The position numbers and the translations under genes were made by a program. 64,000 nt of DNA from Ranitomeya imitator (Eukaryota), in assembly GCF_032444005.1 (NCBI RefSeq), contig NC_091282.1, positions 364,126,001 to 364,190,000 on the forward strand, given 5' to 3'. The notes beneath the pieces were generated by a model. The model was not told the DNA's origin, did not search any database, and saw only the letters and a program-made list of their open reading frames with translations. Shown piece by piece: positions 1-12,000 of this stretch (position 1 is the first letter of the stretch; each line of letters starts with the position of its first letter).

Positions 1-968
1 TAAGATCCCAAGCTATAAGAAATACCAGTTGTAAGCTGTGTTATCTTTGTTCCTGGATAAATATATATACACTATTGATCGACTGGACAGTGCAGAAATC
101 AATCCACTGCCAACATAAATCTTCAGTGCCCACTGTTAGGTGGTTCCATACTTTTGATTAGGCCAGCTATAATTCCTTGCTCTTTTAGAAGGCTCTGCAC
201 CCCTGGACAACTCCACTACCAATGATAGTTATTAGTCTTTTGTCATACTCTTCTAGCATTCAGCTGTAAGCCAGAGCAGTTCTCACTTCACATTCAGCTT
301 GGTACAAATTTGGGTGATGACTGAGGCCTTGGCCTGGCTATGGGATTTTATATTTTCTTGCTGTGACACAGTAGATCACATGTTTCTGTGTACTGTACCT
401 GGCTTCTTGCTCCCTCCTGTATACATAGCTATCTCTCTATGGTTCCTAAGCTGTTTGTGGTTCTCACCTCTTTTGTCTTTGGCCTCTAGTTGGTCTCATC
501 CATTCACACATGTCTCCCAGCACTATACTCTGTTTTCTTTCACCTCCTTACAGTAGCACTCACTCTGCCAAACATTCCTGTGTTCTCAAGGAGATAGACA
601 ACTTTAACTATCAAAAGAATCAGCAGACATTCCCGATCCTTCCCAGCTATTATCTTCCAAGGCCCCACATACACATTAGATTATTTGCAAAACCCATCAA
701 TATTGTCTTGTTCAGCTGACATTAGATTAAAATGTATGAGGAGTTTAAGCTCTTCCCTGCTCTGAGTTAATTCATTTAAGTGCAGAGAGGCATATCTGAA
801 GCCCAACTATACACATTGTTCATCTGAGATACATCATACCATAGGAGGAGGAATTACTCAGACCTCCAGAGAACTTTCTGCATAGAGGAAGCAGGCAGCC
901 ATATATACGAAGAGGGACTGGGGTGCAGAGGAATGACACTGCAAAGAATTAAAAAAGGAGCACATGTC

Positions 969-1931
969 TGTTAGGAGTCGAGTTTCCTCTGCTGCACAGG
1001 GGGAATCTCGATCCGTCTCCGCTGCGGTCTCCCATTCTCCTCCAGCCGCAGTGGAGCCTGCTCAGCAGGGACGTCGATCCCAGCGTCTCGCTCAGTCTGA
1101 CACTGTGAGAAGAGTTACTGCTGCTTCTCCAGCTTCTGCCTGTAAAGCCTATACTGGTCAGCAGCGAGTGGACTTCTCTGGGACTAAGTCCTTGTCTGCG
1201 CACACTGAGCATGCCCAGGGCAAGATCTCCCATTGGAGATCGAGGGTCATGTGCTCAGACTCTGCAGCGCATTCTATTAGTCCTCTTGGCAGGTCTTGGA
1301 AGGGCAAAGTTTCTGTGGCCGCTTCCTGTCCTGCAACTATGTAAACTGCGCATGACCGCACGGCCATGCGCTAGTGTACAATTTAATACGTGTGTTTGTT
1401 GTGAGTGCAAGTCGTTCTTTAAATACCCCTACCCTATTGTATGATTGTTCGCGTATGGAGTATGGCTGCTATCTAGCGCCCGACTTATCACTCAACGTGT
1501 CACACACGTGTCAGCGTCTACTGCTGTGACCGCCAGTGCGGTGCCACGCGCCAGTGTGCGCTTCCTGACCCACGTCTGGGTGCTTAGTGGTGCCTGCTAG
1601 CACGGCACAGTTCGCACTTCGGTGCCTTAATTATATAATTCCTTTCACACCCAGTTGCGGTGTAGTGCCAGCAAGGGTCTAATCGGACTACAATCCCTGT
1701 TGGGGTTTAGTTCGCTGACCACTTGCTCGCGCTCTATGTGCGGTACCGCGGTCCTGTGACGCAACAGGATCGCTTTCTTCACGCTAGGTGAGGTTTAACC
1801 CACGCGTGTATACTTTTTTATACCGCCATATTGTCTGTCATTTCCTAGCAGCAGGTTTCACCTGCACGGTGGACCCCGGACTGCGAACGCATCTATATCA
1901 TCTCTCTTGGTGCGTTCCGCCAGTCCTAACA
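969..1931. mobile_element. Solo LTR (LTR retrotransposon, probably Gypsy or BEL), 963 bp
   Basis: Begins TGTTAGGA (969) and ends TCCTAACA (1931), a perfect 8-bp inverted terminus with TG...CA. Flanked by 5-bp direct repeats ATGTC (964-968) and ACGTC (1932-1936), one CpG-type mismatch. CpG-rich interior with no coding homology. Confidence 0.82.
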
Positions 1932-2959
1932 ACGTCAAGCATTGATTGAGAAATTTTTATTATGAGTTTGAGGTGTGCATTTAACACTTCTCACCATGAC
2001 ATTTCTTTACTGGAAGTGCCCAATATCTGTGCTATTTTTTAATGTGCCATGTACATCAATATTTTGGCCATTAAGTGTTTAAAGTCTCTGTTGAAGGAAA
2101 CAGCCGTCTAAACTGGAAAACTAATGTAACAGAAATGAATTTCCCCGAGGAGCTGTTCTTGAAGTCCCGGAATCATACACAAAGTATATTCCACTGGGAC
2201 ATCTTATTATTGGAGCCATAATATTGTATACACTGAAAGGATGAAAACATTATAATTGGCTTCCCTGGGATTCAGTCCTGTTAGCGTTAGTTTCACTTTA
2301 CAGAATTATTTCCACTGAAATAGATATATGAGGAAAACAACTCAGTCTGTCATTAGATGTGAACAACATAAAAAAGAATTTATCACCTATTTGTTACTCA
2401 TTTAGCATCCATAACATATTGTTCATTCATATGTGCTTTTCTTTTCTGAGTTTAGAATTTTTAAATATACTTTTTACATATGTAGCCGTACAATATTCAG
2501 AGATTTGCACTCACCCCTCAGTGCAGCCCAACTATTGCTGAAGCCCCTGCGTGGCGTCACCACAGCTGCATTACTATGTAGGCCCAGCTTTGCTTTATTA
2601 GATCATTAATTGGGCCTTTATTAAACAGGTCATCTCGAGATGTAGTTCCAAGAGCTCGCATCACTCCTGCCCCTCAGATTCCTGTTTGGGGTGATGCGCA
2701 TGTGAAAAGAGATAGGTCAGACTTGCGGCATGGTCATATATAAAGTCTGAACTGTGCTGCTCTATCCTAGTTTGCTCATAGAGGCAGCATTGCCTCTGCT
2801 GCAATTTAAAAGCCCAGCTAGAATCTGGCTGCATCACATGATTCAGCCAGTTTTAGAGTGATGTGAGCAGGCTGTAAAGGAAAGGAAGGAAGTGAAGGAT
2901 TAGTTGGCCCACATGTTACAGAACAGAGTGATAAGAAAAGCCAGAGCCCCTGTGTTGGT

Positions 2960-3990
2960 CTGGATTGGTCCCATTGTGTTGGCGAGGAAGAAGGACATGA
3001 CAGTGAGGTTCTGTGTGGACTATCAACGATTGAATGCTTGCATGGACGCCCCAGAAACGAATGGGTACAACTAGAACAGTCAGACCCAAAACTATCAAAG
3101 TTACGAAAAGGGATGACCCTAGGCCAGAAGCCCAACATAGAAGAGAGGGCAGTCTTGTATATTCGTGCCTTACATATGCTAGGGCAATGGCAGTGGCTCT
3201 GTATGAAGAATGGCCTGTTATACAGGTGGTTACAGTTACCCCTGAATATGCAGCAAGTAGTGATTCCAAAATGGATGGTGGCAAGTGTGGTGAAGGAGGT
3301 CCATGAGAGGGGCACACTTTAGAATGGAAAAGACGTTCCAATTGTTGCAACAGCTCATGTATTGGTCCCAACTAGGTCGAGTGGTGGAAGAAGTTTGTTG
3401 GAGGTTTCAGCAGTGTAAGTTGGCCAAGCCTCTAGAACGGAGGGCAGCCACTCAAGTGATAAAAACATCTGAGCCACTGGAAGTGTTAATAGTGGATTAC
3501 TTCATGATCGGCTCATCCCATAATGGGTGTGAATATTGCCTGGTGATGCTAGACCACTTATCATAATTCACAGTCATAACCCGACCCTGGATCAGATGGC
3601 TGAGTCAGCAGGTTGTGCCATCTTACGATTGGTGTTTGATTGGTGCCTGTAGAGATGTCACTTGGATCAAGAGGCATGGTTCCAGGGGAGAGTCAAGGAA
3701 AAACTGCACTGACTCTATGGCATCAAGAAGTTCAGGACAATGCCCTATCCCTCTCATGGAAATGGAGCCTGCAAACGCTTCAAAAGAGCATTGTTACAGA
3801 TGTTAAGGACATTGGAAGAGGATCAGAAGATGAAGTACCCTGAATTTGTTCAAGAATTGGTGTGGATATACAACAATCGAGCCCATGCCATAACTGGGTA
3901 CATGCCTTACATGCTATTGTTTGGCCATAATGGCAGTGAAATAACCAAGCTAGAAGATTGCAACAGGTTGGGTACATCCACCTGGGTGAG
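2960..3990 (+). pseudogene. Degenerate Gypsy/Ty3 pol remnant (start of RT joined to integrase)
   Basis: 2970-3037 reads PIVLARKKDMTVRFCVDYQRLNA, the RT N-terminal motif. It is followed directly by the integrase Zn region (HERG.HF...YW...C..C), core LEVLIVDY..LVMLDHLS, HLDQ, and GNGACKRFKRALLQML...YNN..H..TGY.PY.LLFG. Multiple frameshifts and stops. Confidence 0.85.
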
Positions 3991-4217
3991 ATAATAATAT
4001 AATTACTTTTAGATAAGACAAAATTCATAAAGGATTTGTATTAAATAATAGTTTAAGTAAACCAAAATTGAATTTTTTAGTAAAAAATGGGTAATTTCAG
4101 TGTAATTTATGAGAGAAGCAACAACTGTCATAAATGTAATGCAATAGGGACCCAGATACACCCTGTATTAGGCATAAAGGAGGGCCTCATACACTTTCTG
4201 TTCAAATTGTCATGTAC

Positions 4218-4470
4218 TGGTACTCCTAGACTCATAAAGGCTATGCACTAAGTGCAAGGCCTGACAAAAAGCATAGTCATCTATACAACATTGAAGGCAC
4301 CAACTGCAGTACCTCATTCAAATATTGTGAGCAAAGTATACTTGTGGTACTCCTCCACTCATAAAGGTTCTGCACAGTGCAAAGCCTGTCAAAAATTAGA
4401 AGCATGGTCATTCATACATCCTTGAAGGCAACAACTGGATGGCTTCATTAAAATATTAATAAAGTGTACA
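4218..4470. repeat. Degenerate two-copy tandem duplication, about 127 bp unit
   Basis: TGGTACTCCT..ACTCATAAAGG.T.TGCAC..AGTGCAA.GCCTG.CAAAAA...AGCAT.GTCAT...TTGAAGGCA.CAACTG occurs at 4218 and 4345. Confidence 0.5.
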
Positions 4471-4554
4471 CCTGTAGCTGGCCAATTTTTTTTTTTTTTT
4501 TTCAAACCATTGAAATTTCACATAAAGAAGGTTCTACAGTATACATGTCAATAG

Positions 4555-4940
4555 TAGTGTTGAGCCACCTCCCTAGTGTTCGGGTTCGGTTCGGTTCGTC
4601 AAACAGGGAGGTGTTCGCCGAACTGTTCGTCGAACGTTCGACGAACACCGTCGAACCCCATTGAAACCAATGGCAGGCAAACACAAACGCATACAAACAC
4701 ATGGAAAACACATAGAAAACACCTTAAAAGGTGTCCAAAAGCTGGCAAACTGCTCAGAAGACACAACAAATGTGGAAAAGTCACAACTACATATAGTCAT
4801 GCGAAAAAAAAGAGGTGGAGGAGTAAAAGGAGGAGGAGACACAGATATAGGAATGTCATGCCCTTCTAAAATCAAGAAAGGCTGGAGTAAAAATCTAAAC
4901 TCACTATACCAACACTCAGACGTCTTGACAAAAAAAATAA
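4555..4940 (-). mobile_element. hAT transposon terminal segment (family A end)
   Basis: TIR-like TAGTGTTGAGC at 4555, similar to TAGGGTTGAGCG and TAGAGTTGAGCG of the other hATs here. Followed by clustered GTTCG/CGAAC subterminal motifs and the CCATTGAA..CAATGG and GGAAAACAC blocks also seen at the 12247 and 24771 ends. Confidence 0.6.
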
Positions 4941-4949
4941 AATAAATAT

Positions 4950-5440
4950 CTTTAGGTAGAATGGCGGTGGGTCCATTTAGAACATTTTCCTTAGAAGATG
5001 TAGTGGTACCCCCTTTGGGAGTTGTGCCAAAAAATGAACCTTCAGACTAATCCACCATTTGCCATATCCAAGGGGCAGGTCAGTAAATGACAACATCGAC
5101 GCGGAACCAAGTACAGTACTATGTACTGTACCTCCTTTGAGGAGGCAATCAGGTGGGTCAAGAAGTTGGTAAGGGGCACCCTAATGGCCAAAACAGACAT
5201 TGAGGGGGCGTTTCGGTTACTACCTGTGCCTCCGAATAGTGTCCTCCCATTGGGCTGCTTCTGTGAAGGAGCATACTACATAGATCGCTGTTTACCCATG
5301 TGGTGCTCCATATCCTGCTCACTATTTGAGGCGTTTAGTTGCTTCCTCGAATGTGTTGTCATGGACGTTTGTAAGGCGGCACATATTATCAATTACCTCG
5401 GCGACTTCTTATGCCTGGGCCCAAAAGATATGCCACAGTT
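4950..5440 (+). pseudogene. Tyrosine-recombinase retrotransposon (DIRS order, Ngaro-like) reverse transcriptase fragment
   Basis: Translation across frameshifts: GRM.GPF...PLGVVPK.EP..(F)RLIHHL.YP.G.SVND.ID...YTSFEEAI...LMAKTDIEGAFRLLPV...YYIDRCLPM..S.SC..FEAFS.FLE...NYLGDFL. The last motif is YLDD with a D>G change. Confidence 0.8.
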
Positions 5441-5531
5441 TGAAAACACGCGATAGTCCACCTGTGAGAAGGAGAGAGCTGGAGGGAGAGTGGACACCCC
5501 AGAGCCGAGGGGTTAGATTGAGAAAGAAAGA

Positions 5532-6201
5532 AGGCGGTGTAGCTTGCTTCATGGGTGGGGTACTCTGCTGAGTAGCAGAAATTGCTACTAGGCCCAAAAG
5601 GATTTCCTGGGCCAGATGCCATTAAAAAATAGTACTTAGGTAAACAGGCGGTGTAGCTTGCTTCATGGGTGGGGTGCGCTGCTGAGTAGCACTAAATTCT
5701 ATTAGGCCCAAAAGGATTTTCTGTGCTAGATGCCATTACAAAATAGTAGTAAGGTAAACAGGCGGTGTAGCTTGCTTCATGGGTGGGGTACGCTGCTGAG
5801 TAGCACCAAATTCTACAAGGCCCAAAAGGATTTCTTGGGCTAGATGCCGTTAAAAAATAGTACTTAGGTAAACAGGCGGTGTAGCTTGCTTCATGGGTGG
5901 GGTACGCTACTGAGTTGCACCAAATTCTACAAGGCCCAAAAGGATTTCCTGGGCTAGATGCCGTTACAAAATAGTACTTAGGTCAACAGGCGGTGTAGCT
6001 TGCTTCATGGGTGCGGTACGCTGCTGAGTTGCACCAAATTCTACTAGGCCCAAAAGGATTTCCTGGGCTAGATGCCGTTAAAAAATAGTACTTAGGTAAA
6101 CAGGCAGTGTAGCTTGCTTCATGGGTGGGGTGCGCTGCTGAGTAGCACCAAATTCAACAAGGCCCAAAAGGATTTCCTGGGCTAGATGCCGTTACAAAAT
6201 A
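5532..6201. repeat. 114-bp tandem array internal to hAT family A (left part, about 6 units)
   Basis: AGGCGGTGTAGCTTGCTTCATGGG starts at 5532, 5646, 5760, 5874, 5988 and 6102, an exact 114-bp period. Confidence 0.92.
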
Positions 6202-6770
6202 CCATGGTTGTTCGAGCCGGGATTTGACAATAAGAGGCATAGACCAGGTATATATGGGTACGAGAGGGGGCGACCTCAGTCGGGCTCTAGCACAACTCGA
6301 GAGTAGGTGGATCTATCGCCTGGGTGCCATGAGTCCACAGGGCCTTAATGAGAGTTTTGGTTTTGCGGCATTTCTTTAGATATATTATTCGATAGTTTGT
6401 TTCCATGTGGACATTCCTTTTTAGTGAGGTTTTTAATCGTCTAATATTGTATGTTATATTATGTGTTTTTAACTTCTTATTTCTTCTTTTTATTATAGAT
6501 AATTCGGATAGGATATGCAGTGTGATGATCACTTTCTTTTCCCCTACAGCCTGAGGATGGTTGTCCCCCTGATGAAGCACTATGGAGAGGAACTAGTTCC
6601 TTCCCTGTAGACACATATGAAGAGTCGAAGCCCCATACAAGAACAAGAATATGCTATATATATAGGGTTATTTCCGCTGTATGTGTTTTTTTCGTCTGTT
6701 TTGTATCTATATATGGAGGGTTTCTTTAGGTCTCGTCTGTAAGGAAGTGGTATTCTCACTATGGAGACCT

Positions 6771-6890
6771 GGTAGGATTTATCTGTATTCTACATGTTGT
6801 TATTAAGTATATGCATTAGGACATTGATGGTAGGATTTATCTGTATTCCACATGTTGTTATTAAGTATATGCATTAGGACATTGATGGTT
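6771..6890. repeat. 58-bp tandem duplication within the PLE tail
   Basis: GGTAGGATTTATCTGTATTC.ACATGTTGTTATTAAGTATATGCATTAGGACATTGAT at 6771 and 6829. Confidence 0.85.
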
Positions 6891-8006
6891 ACTGTGATCT
6901 TTGGGGTATATCTATTTTTTGGTAACTCTCTACTTGGGATATGAGGGCTTTAGTCTGAATTAGAACCGTACTTTAGGATAATTCTATGACTTTTCTAATG
7001 TATGCACGTTGGCACTTTATACAGGACTGTCATACATCACTCTTTTATATAATAAAATTTATTTTGTACAATTCACTTTTTAGACATCACTTTATTATTA
7101 ATGTACACCTCTTGTTTTAACTGGTTCACTTATAGTTGGTATCTATTTTTGTCATGTCCTCACGGTTTTTTCTATATTAATTGAGATAGTGGCATGAAAA
7201 TGAATTCTCACGTCACTTTATATTAATCTATACATTATGTATTTATCCACTACAGTGAGCTTAAATGGCTCATATGATCTTTTTATCACTTTTATCACGG
7301 TATTATCCTTAGCGATACACCTTGCCTATATGCACTTTATCCTCTATATAGTTCTCTTTTAGAGCTTATTCACAGTGGCAGTATTGCCACCACTTCTTTT
7401 CTATATGGATCTGTTTCTTCTCTGGCAGTTTTTCTCTATTGGCCCTCACCATAATATAGTTGCTGACATATTTATTTATTGATGTCCTACATTGTAAAAT
7501 AGATGGTTATTATTCATTTATGTCCCACATTGTAATAATACATGATTCTTCTTTTTTATATTATATTTCATTGGAATTAATGTCACCTTGAATAGTCGGT
7601 CATTAGGAGCCCATTTTTATTACTCCATTGCTATGACTCCTATATAGTAACAGGTAGGCTGCTGTTTCTTTCATGGCTCCGTTTACTCCATGAAGCCTTA
7701 TAAACGTTATGCTTCTCCGCTAGTAGTTTGCCTCGTTCCCCGGGGCTGTGCGCATGCGCCATATGGTTACCACTCTGTGCATTCCGGGTGCGCTCTACTC
7801 TGGAGACGCTTGCGATTCAGCTTGCGTTCCAGTGAGCGCTGACCCGGAAGTGCCTGTTTCTGTATCCGGAGTGGACCAGGGCCGCATGCGCCGTCGCTTA
7901 AGGGGGACGTCGGCACGTCGAGAGTGATCACTTCCCCTATTTATCCTTCCGTGCTGCCATTGGTGGTGGGCATTTTATAAGGCCAGTTACGTCCTCACAT
8001 TAACCA

Positions 8007-8046
8007 CGCCCCCGGAAGAAGCTTGGGCGAAACGCGCGTCGGGGCG
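8007..8046 (+). ncRNA. Minimal type I hammerhead ribozyme motif (PLE-associated), core variant U4>G
   Basis: Stem I CGCCCC(8007-12)/GGGGCG(8041-46). Core CGGAAGA(A). Stem II GC-TTGG-GC. GAAA. Palindromic stem III ACGCGCGT. Cleavage triplet GTC at 8038-8040. Confidence 0.65.
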
Positions 8047-8518
8047 CTTGGGGGAATTAAGACACACCGCACCATCAGGTAATTTACTCATTCCACTCAT
8101 TCATGGTTTGCTGCTGTCTACATAGATAGGATACTTGGGGATGTTACATAGTGCTAGGTATTTGGACAAGGACATTTCGCTGGTATGTGGGAGAATTTTA
8201 GCTCCTCCTTGGATTTTTCCTTCCTGCACTTTATTCTAGGCATTTGCATTGGTTTGCCCATCCCTTCCTCTTTGTTAAATTTCAGCAGCCTCTAGGGTGG
8301 TCAGAGTTGTATGTACTCATATGTATTGATTACAGTGTGTTATATCCAATGGTGGATGTGGTTGTAGTCTCTCCCCCAGTAGGACACTTTGTTTGGTGTA
8401 TATTGAATCCTGTCTGTTGTATATGTTTTTATACTGTAATTTCAATAATAAAGGTTTTTTTAATATTGTATGGATCTCTTCGTGCGGTGAATTGAATTTA
8501 AATCCGCTCTGTGATGAT

Positions 8519-8770
8519 ATAGTAGTTAGGTATACAGGTGGTGTAGCTTGCTTCATGGGTGGGGTACACTGCTGAGTTGCACCAAATTCTACTAGGCCTA
8601 AAAGGATTTCCTGGGCTAGATGTCGTTACAAAATAGTAGTTAGGTAAACAGGCGGTGTAGCTTGCTTCATGGGTGGGGTACGCTGCTGAGTAGCACTAAA
8701 TTCTACTAGACCCAAAAGGATTTCCTGGGCCAGATGCCATTAAAAATAGTACTTAGGTAAACAGGCGGTG
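8519..8770. repeat. 114-bp tandem array of hAT family A (right part, about 2 units)
   Basis: Same unit as 5532-6201, resuming in register after the PLE. Confidence 0.9.
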
Positions 8771-9029
8771 GGTGGCTGGGCTTTTCTGCTCTCTAGCACA
8801 CACTGAAACTTTGGAGCAGACCTCTGAATCCCACGCCATAGTATGAGTAAACAACTCTGCAGGCAACCCCACCCACTTGGAATTGATGATGGCAACGTCA
8901 TCTAACACTCAGCAAGGGGACTAAATAAAGAGTCTCCATTTTTTCCCAAAAATCGGCTACAGGCACCACTTAAGTGGCATCAATTTCGCCAGAGTTTTTT
9001 AAAACAGTTGGTGAGGTGATTTTCAACAA

Positions 9030-12000
9030 TCATCAAGTTTTTAGTCTCCCTAAGATGACACAGGGGTATAAAAAGTCCTTGCGAATCCAGGATTTGTTCA
9101 TCTTGATGAACGTTAATCTGTTTACATTGTCACTGGACAGCCGCATGCGCTTATCTGTCAGCACACCACCAGCAGCGCTGAACACATGTTCAGAGAGAAC
9201 GCTGGCTGCGGGGCACGACAAGATCTCCAAGGCATGAGTGGCGAGCTCAGGCCATTTTTCAAGATTGGAAGCCCAAAATGAGCAAGGGTCCAGTTCCACA
9301 GTCATGACATCGATGTTTACTTGGAGATACTCTTGTACCATCCTCTCTAGGCGTTGGCTGTGCGTCAGACTTCATGTCTCCTGTAGCCTTGCAAAGGATG
9401 GTTTAAAAAAATCTTGAAACGATTGGAAAAAATTGCTGCTACCACCAGATACGATGTTACTGTTACGGTTTGAGTGATGACTCGATAGTCCCACGGTTGG
9501 CAAGTTAGAACTCAGAGATTTACTTCGAGCACCACTGGTGTTTTGTGGAAAAGCAGATGTTAGATTCTGTAACAGTCTCTGCTGATACTCCTGCATGCGT
9601 GAATCCCTTTCTATGGCAGGAATTATTTTGCCAAATTTGCTTTTGTACCGGGGATCTAAGAGTGTGGCAACCCAGTAGTCGGCATTACTTCGGATTCTGA
9701 CAATCTGAGGGTCATGTTGCAGGTAGTGCAGCAAGAAGGCACTCATGTGTCTTGCGCATCCAGGAGGACCAAGTCCTTGTTGTCTTGGTGGTGGCGAGGT
9801 GAAAATCATGCTTCCTTCGTCTGCCCTCTCCCCCCAACCTCGCACAACAGAAATTTGATCAAGGTCTCCCTCATTTGATGAGTCTTCCATGCCTAGCGCC
9901 AGTTCATCCTCCACTTCTTCCTCACCTCCTGCACCTTCCTCAACAGTTTGGCTGCTACCATGCGCCCTCGGTAATCCCTCTCCCCCAACCTCCAATGCCA
10001 GCCGCCTTGGTGCTGCCAACCTTTTTGACCTTGGAGATATTATCCCTTCCGCTTACGACTCCTCCTGTTCCTCCTCCTCCTCCTCCTCTTGTTCCACCAC
10101 CTGACTCCGAACACTGTGTAAGGTGTGCTCCAGCATGTAAATCACCGGAATGGTCATGCTGATAATGGCATCATCAGCACTAAACATCTTTGTTGCTATT
10201 TCAAAACTGTGCAGAAGGGTGCATAGGTCCCTGATCTGAGACCACTCCTGCAGCGTGATTTGCCCCACCTCTTGATTTCGTTTGCCCAGGCTGTACGTCA
10301 TAACGTATTGCACCAGGGCTCGTTGGTGCTGCCACAGTCGCTGCAACATGTGCAGAGTTGAATTCCATTGTGTGGGCACATCGCATTTCAGCCGGTGAAC
10401 TGGCAGGCCCAACGACTTCTGTAGAGATGTAAGTCGTTGAGCTGCGGGATGCGAATGGTGGAAGTGAGCACACAGTGACCCTGCCCTCTACAAAAGCCCA
10501 TCTAGTCCGGGATAGTGGGATAAAAATTGCTGGACAACCAGGTTCAAAATGTCAGCCATACAAGGCACGTGTGTGACATTGCCCCGGCGGAGGGCCGCAC
10601 CCAGGTTTGCAGCATTGTCGCACACAGCTTTCTCTGGCTGCAGGTTGAGTGGAGACAACCATTGATGGAACTCAGTCTCCAGAGCTGACCAGACATTTCA
10701 ATGTAAACACTGCCTGATGCCGTTGAGCCCTGGTGACAGCATAGTGAGGAGGTGTGCAGGATTCCTTCTGCGTAGTTACAATGTGGGTGACATTACCAGA
10801 CAGGCTTTGGGTGCAGGTGGAGGACCGAGAGGAGGTTGAGGAGGCAGAAGCAGTGGAGGAACTTCTAGATACAGATGATTGATGAGCAACTCGTGGGAAT
10901 GGCAAGACTTTGACAGCAGCCCCTTCTCCTGATGTCGCCATAGTTACCCAGTGCCAAGTCACCGACATGTAACACCCCTGTCCATGTCTACTCGTCCAAG
11001 TGTTTGTGGTGAAATGCAACCTGTCACACACACAGTTTCTCAAGGAAGCGGTGATGTTATGTGCGACATGCTGGTGTAGTGCAGTCACAGCTTTCTGTGA
11101 CAAGTAGTGGCAACTGGGCATCTGGTACTGGGGCACTGCGATGGACATAAGGTCTCGAAAATCCTCTGTGCCCACCAGGTGGAAAGGCAGCATTTATGTA
11201 GCCAACAGCTTGCAGATGGAGAAATTCAACCTCTTAGCTTTGTCATGGCTAGGAGGAAATGGTCTTTTACTTGTCCACATCTGAGGGACTGAGGGCTGGC
11301 TGCCGTGCTTAGACAGAGTTGAGTAGGGTGTCCCTGGCAAACTGCTGGTCTATGAGGAAGATGCAGGCGGAGATGTTATGTTGCATTGATCAAAATGGGG
11401 TGTCGATGTCGAAGAGCGCTCAACAATAGCAGGTGTTTCCACTTGCAAATGTCTTGACGACCTGCCAATCACACTGGCTGTTGCGGGTAAAAAGGTGTAA
11501 GGTCTGCATCCAAAACAATTTGCGACTGCTGTCCCCACAGTCACAGAGGATGAAGAGGACGCGGATGCACTTGATGGGGCAGATGGTGGTTGACCCGGCC
11601 CACTAGGCAGCATTGTAGCACAGTGAGCTTCCCACTGCAACTTATGCCTCATATCCATGTGACGGTTCATGCATGAAGTACTCAAGCTAGTCATTTTTTG
11701 TCCTCTACTGAGATTTTGTTGACAATTCTTGTAGACAACATGAGTTGGGTCATCCTTTGCAATGTCAAAAAATGCCCAGGCTGTGCAAGGCTTAGAGCCT
11801 GTGTGACCTGAAGAGCCACCACGACTTCTGGTCTGAAGCACAGTTGGGGTTGAGGATGCAGTTGTTGATGTGCTTCCAGTACTCCGTCTCTGTCCAGGAA
11901 GGCGCAATGTTACCTCGTTGTCAGACTCGTCACTAGCATCCTCCTCCACCTCCTCTGCTGACCGCATGGACTGGCGGACTGGGGGTTGACAGTAAGTGGG

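Larger units (their letters stand above)
6202..8518 (+). mobile_element. 5'-truncated Penelope-like element (PLE) inserted in the 114-bp array
   Basis: 6203-6379 encodes HGCSSRDLTIRGIDQVYMGTRGGDLSRALAQLESRWIYRLGAMSPQGLNESFGFAAFL*, the typical PLE C-terminus (GGD...E..WIY.L....P.GLNE). It is followed by a long AT-rich tail, a CpG-rich pLTR region with a hammerhead motif, and AATAAA at about 8447. The array resumes in register at about 8519. Confidence 0.78.

Noticed and set aside
299-719. Hydrophobic short ORFs at the window start (and 63304-63555)
   Set aside because: They reflect T-rich composition; no OR or other protein motifs were found.
2540-2900. Possible 5' LTR of the Gypsy remnant
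   Set aside because: I could not identify TG...CA termini, a PBS, a partner LTR or a TSD.
6560-6605. Second hammerhead candidate (CCCCTGATGAAGCAC...GGAACTAG)
   Set aside because: It has CTGATGA but lacks GAAA, a pairable stem II/III and a stem I partner. At best it is a decayed relic.
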